From an uncultured Gammaproteobacteria bacterium (GTDB taxonomy: Bacteria; Patescibacteriota; Patescibacteriia; Patescibacteriales; UBA12465): a DNA stretch of 64,000 nt. Of this stretch, positions 54,837 to 63,817 are shown in pieces. The first letter of the stretch is position 1. Every line of letters starts with the position of its first letter. A model generated the notes under the pieces. The model was not told the DNA's origin and made no database searches. It was given only the letters and a program-made list of their open reading frames with translations. Made by a program: the position numbers and the translations under genes. The stretch covers positions 256,301 through 320,300 of the forward strand of contig CAZTUJ010000001.1 in the NCBI GenBank assembly GCA_964616855.1, in the 5' to 3' direction.

Positions 54837-56604
54837 TGTTGAAAACTACACAAGTGAAAAAAATTCGGAAGAAGTTTCTGAACTAATTGCGGCCGAGCAA
54901 GAAGCTTCCCAGGAGAATGTTTTAGAAGAATTAAATTCGGACTTTTCTGAAATAGAAAAGGATTGTGCCGAAATCATGGATAATCCAGAGGCTAGTCCAG
55001 CGGAAAAGACGCAGGCTTCAATTTGGCGGACGCGGGGCAAGAATTTGCTCTATCGGGGTCTAGCTCTTCTGTCTTTATCAGCCCCGCTTCAGGCGGCCGG
55101 GCAAGCGGAGTTTTCTACTGACTTTAATCAGCCTCAAAATGAGATTAGTGTGACTCCGTCTAGTCAAGAGAAGTTTAAGACCGAGTTGGAAGGATATAAG
55201 GATTTTGGGCCCCTAATGGCCTATAATCTCGCCTCGGAAAAACCAACCGCCTATCAAACTGCAGAAATAAAAAAGTTAGAAGATGGTATTATTGCTGATC
55301 TTAATGGCCGAAAATTTGCTTCTATGACCGAAATGGTGGCTTATATCAATAATGCCATTAGTAGTGATTTTTCAGAACAAGCCAGTACTATTTATATTAA
55401 AGATGCCTTCCCGGAAAAGCCGGGAGCCAAAGCTAAGGGTTCTTTTGACTGTGATAGCCGTCTGCTTATTACACTGTCTATATTAGATAAAATAGGTATT
55501 ACTGGCGACCAAGCGGAGTTTTGTTTGCTGGAGGGGCATGCTTTGTTAAAGATAGAGGGGGATAATGTTTTTTTTGAAATGACGAGTAATAGCGCTAGGG
55601 AATTAGATCAAGATGAACGCTTGCAATTAAGTAAGATTAACTCTCTGGATAAATATAAAGCCTATCTCTTAGCCAAAGAAGGTACCGCTTTAGCCTCAGA
55701 AGCGACAGGCAGTATTCTTAGTGGGGAAAGAGATGATGATCAAAAAATTGACCTGGCCTTAAATAAGATGATTGCCGCCGCTGAGATTGATCCTAATAAT
55801 TTAACTAATAATTTAAACTTATTGACCTTACTAAAAAAGACTAAGTACCGAGCCACTGATGATAAATCAGCATTGAATGAATTAGTCCTAAAAGTTAGCG
55901 AAAACGTTAAAAGAGGTTTACTTAATAATTATTATAAAATAAACCCTGATGGGGAAATGGATAATACTCTGGTTTTGCAAGCCCAAGAGATAAATATTCA
56001 AAAAGTTGAGCCTAGACGCTTAGAAGATTTAGGCCCGCTAGAGGCTTTGACCACCAAAGCTCTAAGCGAAAATGATTATTTATCAAGAAAATTTATTGAT
56101 TTAGGTAGCGATCTCCTTTATGACTTTCAAAATCCTAAAGCCGCCTTGCCGATTTTTAAAGCACTAGCTAGTGCCGAGAATAATAACAAAGAAAAGAGGG
56201 AGTCTGCTGACTATTGTTTTTATCAGGGGATGGTGGCTGATTGTCATTTTAATCTCCAGGAATATGATAAATATTTAGATTTATCGCAGAAAGAGTTATA
56301 CCAACTGCTATCAACTAACATGAAAAATGATACCGAAGCGGGATATTATTTTAAGGGGAAATTTAATGAAGAGAATTTAAAGATTACGGCAGCTAATGTG
56401 ATGGCAGGGAAGATAATTATCAATGAAGAGACGGTGGCCGACTTTTGCAAAAATTATCAAGACGACCCTTTATTTAGTGGCTTTATATCCGGCAAGCAAC
56501 AATGGCATATTTCGGCCATCGATGCCGTAGAGGCTCTAAAAGCTTGGCCGGGCTTTGAGGGAATGATTAAAGTGTTGGATGAGTATAGAAAAAATGAAAA
56601 ATAG
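54823..56604 (+). CDS. Large hypothetical protein: acidic N-terminus, one hydrophobic anchor, transglutaminase-like Cys/His core?, helical-repeat C-terminus
   Basis: 593 aa. Anchor LLYRGLALLSLSAPLQAAG. GSFDCDSRLLITLSILDKIGI...EGHALLKIEGDNVFFEMTS resembles the C...H...D/E pattern of transglutaminase-like folds. Confidence 0.6.
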   Translation: MKKNSVENYTSEKNSEEVSELIAAEQEASQENVLEELNSDFSEIEKDCAEIMDNPEASPAEKTQASIWRTRGKNLLYRGLALLSLSAPLQAAGQAEFSTDFNQPQNEISVTPSSQEKFKTELEGYKDFGPLMAYNLASEKPTAYQTAEIKKLEDGIIADLNGRKFASMTEMVAYINNAISSDFSEQASTIYIKDAFPEKPGAKAKGSFDCDSRLLITLSILDKIGITGDQAEFCLLEGHALLKIEGDNVFFEMTSNSARELDQDERLQLSKINSLDKYKAYLLAKEGTALASEATGSILSGERDDDQKIDLALNKMIAAAEIDPNNLTNNLNLLTLLKKTKYRATDDKSALNELVLKVSENVKRGLLNNYYKINPDGEMDNTLVLQAQEINIQKVEPRRLEDLGPLEALTTKALSENDYLSRKFIDLGSDLLYDFQNPKAALPIFKALASAENNNKEKRESADYCFYQGMVADCHFNLQEYDKYLDLSQKELYQLLSTNMKNDTEAGYYFKGKFNEENLKITAANVMAGKIIINEETVADFCKNYQDDPLFSGFISGKQQWHISAIDAVEALKAWPGFEGMIKVLDEYRKNEK

Positions 56605-56635
56605 GGAGAGTAATAATCCCATCTTAACTTAATAT

Positions 56636-57706
56636 ATGAAAACAAAAGCAAATATCTCTCAAATTAAATCAGAAAAGTGGGTTAAAAATTGGTCAGGCAA
56701 TTGGCACACAGCCTTTACCACTCTATATTATGCCTATACAGACGGCTTAAAGCCTTATATTGGAAAAAATTTAGATACCAATTTATTAATCTGCGAGCAA
56801 AAGGTGAGTTCAAACTATATCGCTAAAAGAGTGTTGGATAAATATGGTAAATACATAGCTGCTTTAATTGTGAAGGATAATAAATTGGCCGCCAAGTTGG
56901 CAAAAGATACCGTTGTTACGGCTGAAAATCTATTTAAAATAATGGCGAGACTAAAAAATAACAGCGATCTCACCCTGTATAATTTATTAGAGCTTAAATC
57001 TAATTTTTATCTACACGTCCCTCCTCATTTTTCCATGAAAAAAGTGGTCGACTATTTGCCCGAAAGATTACAAAAAAAGTTAAGCCCTGGGCTTATTGCC
57101 GCCAGACTAAAAACAGAAAATTTATTTAACGCCGTCGATTTAGCTTTAAGAAAATATACAGAATTAATCGCTAAGAAAACTGGATATCCCTTAGCACTAG
57201 CAGATTTTTTAACAATAGATGAGATGGAAAATTATTTAAAGAATAATAAATTACCATCCAAGAAAGAGCTTACTAGTCGCTCTAAAGGTTTGGCGTTCTT
57301 TTGTGCAGGAAAAAATGTAAAGCTACTGACCGGCTCTTCTTATAAAGATTTACAAAAATACCTCGTGAGTTTTTCTGGTAACGAATTAAAAGGAGCTATC
57401 GCCTATAAAGGTTTAGCCAAGGGAAAGGCCAGGATTGTACTCGACCCCTTTAAAGTAAAAAAATTTGATAAAGGGGATGTTTTAATTACAGGAATGACCA
57501 GACCGGAATTTTTGTCTTTAATGAAAAAAGCCTCCGCTTTTGTGACTGACGCTGGCGGTTTGTTATCACATGCGGCAATTGTCGCTAGGGAATTAAAGAA
57601 GCCATGTATTTTAGCCACTGAAAATGCTAGTAAGGTGATAAAAGATGGTGATTTGGTGGAGGTGGATGCAAATAAGGGGATAGTGAGAATTTTAAAAAGA
57701 GCTTAA
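56636..57706 (+). CDS. PEP-utilising-enzyme mobile (swivel) domain protein, paralog 2
   Basis: C-terminus AFVTDAGGLLSHAAIVARELKKPCILATE...DGDLVEVDANKG. His codon 57569-57571. Confidence 0.8.
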   Translation: MKTKANISQIKSEKWVKNWSGNWHTAFTTLYYAYTDGLKPYIGKNLDTNLLICEQKVSSNYIAKRVLDKYGKYIAALIVKDNKLAAKLAKDTVVTAENLFKIMARLKNNSDLTLYNLLELKSNFYLHVPPHFSMKKVVDYLPERLQKKLSPGLIAARLKTENLFNAVDLALRKYTELIAKKTGYPLALADFLTIDEMENYLKNNKLPSKKELTSRSKGLAFFCAGKNVKLLTGSSYKDLQKYLVSFSGNELKGAIAYKGLAKGKARIVLDPFKVKKFDKGDVLITGMTRPEFLSLMKKASAFVTDAGGLLSHAAIVARELKKPCILATENASKVIKDGDLVEVDANKGIVRILKRA

Positions 57707-57740
57707 AATTTTATTTTTAACTGTATCTTATTTTTTTAAT

Positions 57741-58355
57741 ATGCAACTAAAAGATAAATTAAACCCTAAGCATACGGCTATTTTGGTAATTGATATCCAG
57801 AAAGATTTTGCCGCCCCTGACGGCTTGTTGGGACGAAGAGGGCGTGATTTAAGTATGGTCGAACCGATGATAGATAGGTTAGAGGAATTTATCAAGTCCG
57901 CTAGCGCTACGGGCGCGCCCATATTTTACGGCCAGCAGATTTATGACCGTTCTAAGCTCACGGAACTACAAAAAGAGCAGTATGACCTTGACGGCCGTTA
58001 TATTACTTGTGATATCAATAGTGACGGTTATTATTTCTATCGCCTTAACCCTCCAGCCGAAGACGTGTTTGTAAAATATAACTATAATATTTTTTCTAAT
58101 CCGGAGCTGGAAAAGAGATTATCTGCCCAGGGCATAAAAACTTTAGTTATCACTGGCATGGATAGCTACTGGTGCGTGGAGACGGCTATCAGGAATGCTT
58201 TTGATTTAGGTTATAAGGTAGTAGTTCCTAAAGATTTGCTTGCTTGTGGCGGTCGGCATGAAGATTTACATAATCGGACCCTAGAATTAGTTCAGAAGAC
58301 TTTTGGTGTGGTTACGACCGCGGCTGAGATTGTTAAGATTTGGCAAAATAATTAA
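57741..58355 (+). CDS. Isochorismatase-family cysteine hydrolase
   Basis: AILVIDIQKDF (catalytic Asp region) and TLVITGMDSYWCVETAIRNAFDLGYKVVV (nucleophile Cys). Confidence 0.8.
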   Translation: MQLKDKLNPKHTAILVIDIQKDFAAPDGLLGRRGRDLSMVEPMIDRLEEFIKSASATGAPIFYGQQIYDRSKLTELQKEQYDLDGRYITCDINSDGYYFYRLNPPAEDVFVKYNYNIFSNPELEKRLSAQGIKTLVITGMDSYWCVETAIRNAFDLGYKVVVPKDLLACGGRHEDLHNRTLELVQKTFGVVTTAAEIVKIWQNN

Positions 58356-58390
58356 TTTATACTATTTTTCAGGTTTCATCACTTCCATAT

Positions 58391-59860
58391 ATGCCCGCTA
58401 AAACCAAAAGATTCGAAATATTATTTGAAGAATATAACATCGTCCCTCAGGTGGCTTTTTGTTTGGGTAATGCCGTCAGTTCTGAGATTTCTAAATATGG
58501 CTGTGGCCGGGCAGATAGTGCCGTTACTCTCTGGGAGGGCTGGGATAGGCAGTTTATCTGTATTGATAGTAATTCGGGCTTGCAGCTAGCGGAGAGGCTT
58601 TTTATAAAAATTAAAGCTGAGCCTCAATTCGGTCGGGAGGTAGTAGCTGAGATTAAAGATAATAGTGATGAAATTTTATTTCACAGTAAAAAGAATTTTC
58701 CTAAAGACATTAAGAGTATTTCTAATCGGGAACTATATCGGCTGTATCAAGATTTTTTAGATTTAACGCAAAAACAATTTGTCTCCGGTTTAGTACCGAT
58801 GCTTATTGAAGCAATAGACGGCCATCTGTCCGGCTACATGCTTCAATACTTGCTGGACAAGACTCAGGATCTTAGCTTGGCTAATAATCTCTTTAGCTTA
58901 TTATCCACTTCTAGCCAAAAAAGTGATTTAAAAAAAGAAGAGGCAGATTTTATTAAATTAGTTAAAGATAATTCTTTACAGGGAGTGCAACTGGAAAGAA
59001 AGTTAAAGAGCCATTACCGCAAGTATTTCTGGATACCTTATGACTTTCGAGGCCCGGGTTGGAGTTTAGATTACTTTATTACCCGCTTCCATGAATTGAA
59101 GAAAGAAAGGATTAATTGGGACAAAAAGCTGGCGGCCGATTACTTGCAGGCCAAGCAATTACTGAGCAGGCAAAAAGAAATAATTAGTCAGTATCAGATT
59201 GATAAAAAACATCAGCAGTTATTTGAAGTTTTACGGGGCTTCCTTTTTTCCAAGCCCTATCGCAAGGGGCGCTATACCCATTCCTGCTATTATCATAATC
59301 AAGTTGGCAAGGAAATTGCCCGGAGACTGAATATTACCTCTAAACAGGTTTGGTTTCTATTACTCGAAGAAACTAAAGAAATGTTGTTGAAGAAAAAAGA
59401 GCCTGATGTTAATCTTCTCAATGAACGCATGAATTATTCGGTAATTTTGTCGGAGCAAGGAGTTAGTAAATTTATTGTCGGTAAAGAGGCAAAAAAGATG
59501 GCAGAAAGAATTAATATGAAGACGGTCGATGAAAGTGCTCAAGAAATATCAGGGCAAGTTTCGCAGCCGGGCAAGGTCAGGGGAATTGTAAAAATTATCT
59601 TGGAAGTCAAAGATATTGAAAAAATAAAAGAAGGTGAAATTTTAGTTTCTATTGCTACTAATCCAGATTTATTGCCGGCCATGAAAAAAGCAGCCGCCAT
59701 CGTTACCGATGCGGGCGGCATCACCTGTCACGCCGCGATTGTTTCCCGAGAGTTAGGCACCCCTTGTATTATTGGCACTAAAATTGCGACCAAAAGATTA
59801 AAAGATGGCGACTTAGTAGAGGTGGATGCTAATCAGGGATTAATTAGGATATTAAGTTGA
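58391..59860 (+). CDS. PEP-utilising-enzyme mobile (swivel) domain protein, paralog 3
   Basis: C-terminus AAIVTDAGGITCHAAIVSRELGTPCIIGTK...DGDLVEVDANQG. His codon 59729-59731. Confidence 0.8.
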   Translation: MPAKTKRFEILFEEYNIVPQVAFCLGNAVSSEISKYGCGRADSAVTLWEGWDRQFICIDSNSGLQLAERLFIKIKAEPQFGREVVAEIKDNSDEILFHSKKNFPKDIKSISNRELYRLYQDFLDLTQKQFVSGLVPMLIEAIDGHLSGYMLQYLLDKTQDLSLANNLFSLLSTSSQKSDLKKEEADFIKLVKDNSLQGVQLERKLKSHYRKYFWIPYDFRGPGWSLDYFITRFHELKKERINWDKKLAADYLQAKQLLSRQKEIISQYQIDKKHQQLFEVLRGFLFSKPYRKGRYTHSCYYHNQVGKEIARRLNITSKQVWFLLLEETKEMLLKKKEPDVNLLNERMNYSVILSEQGVSKFIVGKEAKKMAERINMKTVDESAQEISGQVSQPGKVRGIVKIILEVKDIEKIKEGEILVSIATNPDLLPAMKKAAAIVTDAGGITCHAAIVSRELGTPCIIGTKIATKRLKDGDLVEVDANQGLIRILS

Positions 59861-59876
59861 GAAAATAATTATTTAT

Positions 59877-60650
59877 ATGACCGTCACTTCTTTTACCCAG
59901 GGAAAAAATAAAGACAGAAATGAAGATTGCTTCGGCTATAACGATGAGACTTTTGTGTTGGCGGACGGGGCGACTGATAAGAGCGGCCGGCAATATGAAG
60001 GCAAGACAGGCGGAGAAATTATTTCCCGTTTAGTGGTTGACGAGACTCTAGGCTGTTCTTTAAATGGAGTAGAATTAGTCTCTCATCTTAACCAAAAGCT
60101 GGCCCAGGTTTATGAAGATTTAGGAATAATGAATGATGTGCTTGAGCCCAAATATCGCTTTACTTGTTTCTTTGTGGCAGTAAGAATTGTCGGTACTAAT
60201 TTTCTAATCACTTATCTCGGTGATACCGCTTTGCGAATCAATGGCGATAAAGTCTATCGTGACCCTAAGCAAATTGACTTTGAAGTTGCTCAGGAAAGAG
60301 CGCGCTATATTGAAGAAACGGGAGATATTGCCGGCAGTCGGGAGCATATAATGCCTTTGCTCTTGGCGCAATTTACCTATCAAAATAATCCCGAGGCCCC
60401 TTTGGGCTATGGCGCCATTGACGGCTTTAGCACTCCCGATAAGTTTGTAAAAACCTTAGAAATTCCTAGAGAGCAAATACAACTCATTGAGCTTTTCTCA
60501 GACGGCTACCCGGCTATTCCTAGCGGTAGTACTATTGAAGATTGGGAAAATGCTTTTAAGGAGGCAGAAAGGGAGGACCCGGATAGATGGAAAAAATATC
60601 AATCAACGAAGCCTAAAGATGACCGGACGGTGGCAATTGTGAGATTTTAG
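59877..60650 (+). CDS. PP2C-like (PP2C_2-type) metal-dependent phosphatase-fold protein
   Basis: KNKDRNEDCFGY...FVLADGATDKSG, then LFSDGY and DDRTVAIVRF. This matches the spacing of PP2C acidic metal-binding motifs. Confidence 0.6.
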   Translation: MTVTSFTQGKNKDRNEDCFGYNDETFVLADGATDKSGRQYEGKTGGEIISRLVVDETLGCSLNGVELVSHLNQKLAQVYEDLGIMNDVLEPKYRFTCFFVAVRIVGTNFLITYLGDTALRINGDKVYRDPKQIDFEVAQERARYIEETGDIAGSREHIMPLLLAQFTYQNNPEAPLGYGAIDGFSTPDKFVKTLEIPREQIQLIELFSDGYPAIPSGSTIEDWENAFKEAEREDPDRWKKYQSTKPKDDRTVAIVRF

Positions 60651-60656
60651 CCTTAG

Positions 60657-60686
60657 AAAGACGGGTGTCATCCCGTCTTTTTGTTT
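60657..60686 (+). terminator. Rho-independent terminator ending the swivel operon
   Basis: GACGGG-tgtcat-CCCGTC flanked by AAA/TTT, then TTTTTGTTTT. Confidence 0.8.
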
Positions 60687-60690
60687 TATC

Positions 60691-60719
60691 TTTACAAAGC
60701 CGGTTTTAGTATTTATAAT
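60691..60719 (+). promoter_or_regulatory. Promoter of the wHTH-swivel gene
   Basis: TTTACA (60691-60696), a 17-nt spacer, then TATAAT (60714-60719). Confidence 0.6.
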
Positions 60720-60750
60720 TCATAGTAGCTATTAACTATGAACTAAAAAT

Positions 60751-62427
60751 ATGAAGACTAATACCAGCGAGAAAATCAAGCAGTATTTGCAGGAGCATAA
60801 ATTTGCTAGCGCCAAGAGCCTGACGGATTTTACCAAGTTGAGCCCGCGGGCGATGTTTAAGCAACTAAAGAATCTCCTGGATCAGGGTGTGGTCGGCAAG
60901 ATGGGTCAAGCACCCAAAGTCTTGTATTATTTGGCAACTGCCAAGAAAAAAATCGACATCCCCTATCAATCCGAGTGGCTCGTTTTGGAAAAAGAAGATT
61001 ATGCCAATTATCTTTTTGTGGCCGCCGCTTGGGAAGGTTATACGGTAATGGCAAAAAATTGGGGATTCATTAATGGTAATTTTTTAAGCGCTGAATATAT
61101 TAAGCGTTCCTGCAATCTTTTCGCTTCTAAGTTAGAATATCAGAAAATGAACAATGTTCATTTTTCCATGCTTTTTAACAACCCTAAAGCCTGGGACCGT
61201 TTGCATAGAATCACTTTTAATAATTCTAAGCGGATGTTTGCCTGGGCACAGAGCAAGCTGAGCCTTAATGAAAAGAAATTGAGTGACAAGAAAGTGGTGG
61301 ATATTATTGAAAGATTTAATCAGCTGCAAAAAGATGTTCACTGTCCGCGCGGACCAATGTGGTGTCTAGAAACACCTTCTAATCTGGTGAGTGATTATTT
61401 GCGTAATTATTTAGAGGAACAAGCCCGTGAAGTCGGCAAGACAAAGATTAAACCGTATTTAGCCTTTCAGTCTTTAAGTGCATCTTTGTCCGATAGCATT
61501 TGGACCAAGGAGGAACTGGCCCTTATTAAAATTTGTAAGATTGTTGATAAAAAGAAAAGATTAAAAAAATTAGAGGAACACGCCCGGCAGTATGAATGGC
61601 TGGAGTACGGCTTAGAGGGGAAGAAAATGAGCCTTAAAGATTTTACAGAGCGGATGAATAAGATTTTGAAAAAGAATCCGGATCTCTTAGCGCGTAAGCT
61701 GGCTAAGGAAAAGAAAGATTTGGCTCGCAGTCAAGAAAAAATTATCCGTGAATATAAGATTGACGAGAAACATCAAAAGATTTTTGCCATTGTTAGAGAT
61801 TCGGTGGCTGCCCGCCTTTATAGTAAAGATTCTCAGTTTTTCGGCTATTACGCTTTAGAGAAAATTTTGGAGGAGTTTGGACGGAGAACCGGCCTTAACT
61901 TAGAGCAAGTACGTTTTTTGGCACCGCGAGAATTCCGGCAGGCCTTACTGGAAAAGCAAGATTTTAGCACCCTTACAAAAGCTAGGATGGACTATAGTCT
62001 TCATGCATCCAATGAAGGCAATACCGTTTTTTTTCAGGGGGAGCAAGCAAAAAAAGTAAAAAAGAAAATGAATTTTAATTTGCATCAAGATGACCTTAAG
62101 GAATCTAAGCTTGTCAGCGGCCAACCCGCCTATCCAGGAATAGTTAGGGGGAGGGTAAAGATTGTTAATACGATTAACGAGATATTTAAAGTCCATCAGG
62201 GAAATATTTTGGTCTCCCGGATGACTAATCCAAGTATTTTGCCGGCCATGAAGAAGGCGGTTGCTATCGTGACGGATATCGGCGGTATTACCTGTCACGC
62301 CGCTATCGTTGCCAGAGAATTAAGAAAGCCCTGCATTATTGGCACCAAGGTGGCCACCCAAATCTTTAAAGATGGGGATGAAATTGAAGTTGATGCTAAT
62401 GAAGGCAGAGTCTATCTTTTAGATTGA
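60751..62427 (+). CDS. Winged-HTH plus helical domain plus PEP-utilising mobile (swivel) domain protein, paralog 4
   Basis: N-terminus IKQYLQEHKFASAKSLTDFTKLSPRAMFKQLKNLLDQGVVGKMG is wHTH-like. C-terminus VAIVTDIGGITCHAAIVARELRKPCIIGTK...DGDEIEVDANEG. His codon 62296-62298. Confidence 0.8.
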   Translation: MKTNTSEKIKQYLQEHKFASAKSLTDFTKLSPRAMFKQLKNLLDQGVVGKMGQAPKVLYYLATAKKKIDIPYQSEWLVLEKEDYANYLFVAAAWEGYTVMAKNWGFINGNFLSAEYIKRSCNLFASKLEYQKMNNVHFSMLFNNPKAWDRLHRITFNNSKRMFAWAQSKLSLNEKKLSDKKVVDIIERFNQLQKDVHCPRGPMWCLETPSNLVSDYLRNYLEEQAREVGKTKIKPYLAFQSLSASLSDSIWTKEELALIKICKIVDKKKRLKKLEEHARQYEWLEYGLEGKKMSLKDFTERMNKILKKNPDLLARKLAKEKKDLARSQEKIIREYKIDEKHQKIFAIVRDSVAARLYSKDSQFFGYYALEKILEEFGRRTGLNLEQVRFLAPREFRQALLEKQDFSTLTKARMDYSLHASNEGNTVFFQGEQAKKVKKKMNFNLHQDDLKESKLVSGQPAYPGIVRGRVKIVNTINEIFKVHQGNILVSRMTNPSILPAMKKAVAIVTDIGGITCHAAIVARELRKPCIIGTKVATQIFKDGDEIEVDANEGRVYLLD

Positions 62428-62460
62428 AAAATCTCTCTATTCGTCTTAAATAGAATTATT

Positions 62461-62488
62461 AAAACGAGCCTTATCAGCTCGTTTTTTT
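62461..62488 (+). terminator. Rho-independent terminator after paralog 4
   Basis: AAAACGAGC-cttatca-GCTCGTTTT followed by TTT. Confidence 0.8.
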
Positions 62489-62504
62489 GTACCCTTAAGG
62501 CTAA

Positions 62505-62537
62505 TAAAAAGCAGGTAACTCAGAGAAAGTTACCTGC
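62505..62537 (-). terminator. Rho-independent terminator of the minus-strand 359-aa gene
   Basis: GCAGGTAACT-cagagaa-AGTTACCTGC is a perfect 10-bp stem. The T-run is on the minus strand (plus-strand TAAAAA at 62505-62510). Confidence 0.8.
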
Positions 62538-62556
62538 AGTAAAGCGTTTGATCTGC

Positions 62557-63636
62557 TTATAATAAGCCAATGTAGTCGTAGGGGTAGCGATAGGCGCCTT
62601 TTTGGGCTTGAACTCCTTCTTCCCATTGTCCTTGGTAGATTGCTCCTTCCAGACATTTCCGGTCATGGTCGAAGCTGGAGAAGTCATTACCGGTAAGGTA
62701 GGCTTTGCCATCAGCCACTCTCCAGATATTAAGGTAGCAGCGGGGCTGAGCGGGACTCACCAAAATTATCTGAACGGTGCCGGGAGCATTTTCATCGCCT
62801 CTTTTTAAGCGTTTTTTTACTTTTATCTCAATCAGAGACAGGGGTGGTAGATCGCTAATTTCATTCTTGCGGATAAGGTCTCCCGGTTTGAAGATTTTGG
62901 GGATCCTTTCTTTAAAGGCTTTTTTAGGATCAGTTGGCAGTGGTGCTAAATCTCTTTTTTCCAGAGCGGAGATGATGGCTTTAATCAGCTCTTCATTGAT
63001 AGTTTTACTGGTGGCAGCAAATTGGGCGGAGTAGGGAATATTCCAGTTATCGTCACTTTCAGCACTGACTCTCTCTTTTAGTTTGGAATCATATTGCATG
63101 AAAAGTTTGGAGACCGTGCTCCAGTCATCAAAGAGAATTAAGGCTACGGATCTCACCTGAGCTTCGTTCCAGCCGGAGTCTTTGTGGAAATAGCCAAAGC
63201 CTTCAAGTTTATCCGCTTTTCCACCGGCCACTTTGTTACCTCTGAGAAATTTTACAAAAGCAGTTAGGGCCCAGTTGCGGTGGGCCACCAGGATCGCCTT
63301 CAAAAACATGTGGAGATAGCGGCGGTTGAGGGGGTTTTCATAGCCTTTAAGGATATTGAGATAGGCTTCGTTATCTGCATGAGAGAAGCCTTGCCAAACA
63401 GGGATGTCGCCCCGTTCGCCTTTGCTGCCAACGATAATCAACAGATAGTTGATGAAATCTTCTATTCGATCCTGGGAAATTCGTGAGACTGCTTGCGCAA
63501 AAAAGGCGTTGTTCACAATATTTTTTGCAGCCTCTCTGCTGTGGTAGTCAGGAAAAGTGAGGCGATCGGTTTCAATTTCCTGTAATCTTTTTTTAAAAGA
63601 AGAAATTTCTTCTTCGGTGAAAATTGGTGTTGCCAT
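62557..63636 (-). CDS. Hypothetical protein
   Basis: 359-aa ORF with its own terminator. No recognised motif. Confidence 0.6.
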   Translation of the reverse strand: MATPIFTEEEISSFKKRLQEIETDRLTFPDYHSREAAKNIVNNAFFAQAVSRISQDRIEDFINYLLIIVGSKGERGDIPVWQGFSHADNEAYLNILKGYENPLNRRYLHMFLKAILVAHRNWALTAFVKFLRGNKVAGGKADKLEGFGYFHKDSGWNEAQVRSVALILFDDWSTVSKLFMQYDSKLKERVSAESDDNWNIPYSAQFAATSKTINEELIKAIISALEKRDLAPLPTDPKKAFKERIPKIFKPGDLIRKNEISDLPPLSLIEIKVKKRLKRGDENAPGTVQIILVSPAQPRCYLNIWRVADGKAYLTGNDFSSFDHDRKCLEGAIYQGQWEEGVQAQKGAYRYPYDYIGLL

Positions 63637-63740
63637 GACTTGATTGTTTAAAGGGTTGATAAAGGACTATTACTATTAACTATCACTGTTGTATTACCAT
63701 AAATGTATTTCGTTGTAAAGTAAGGCTTTATTTACTTATA

Positions 63741-63769
63741 TTGACAAAAAAGTATATTTATAGTACACT
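63741..63769 (+). promoter_or_regulatory. Promoter of the terminal partial ORF
   Basis: TTGACA (63741-63746), a 17-nt spacer, then TACACT (63764-63769). Confidence 0.5.
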
Positions 63770-63817
63770 TTTTTGATAGTTAAAATAGTATTTTCAAATC
63801 ATAAAAACCATCGCATC

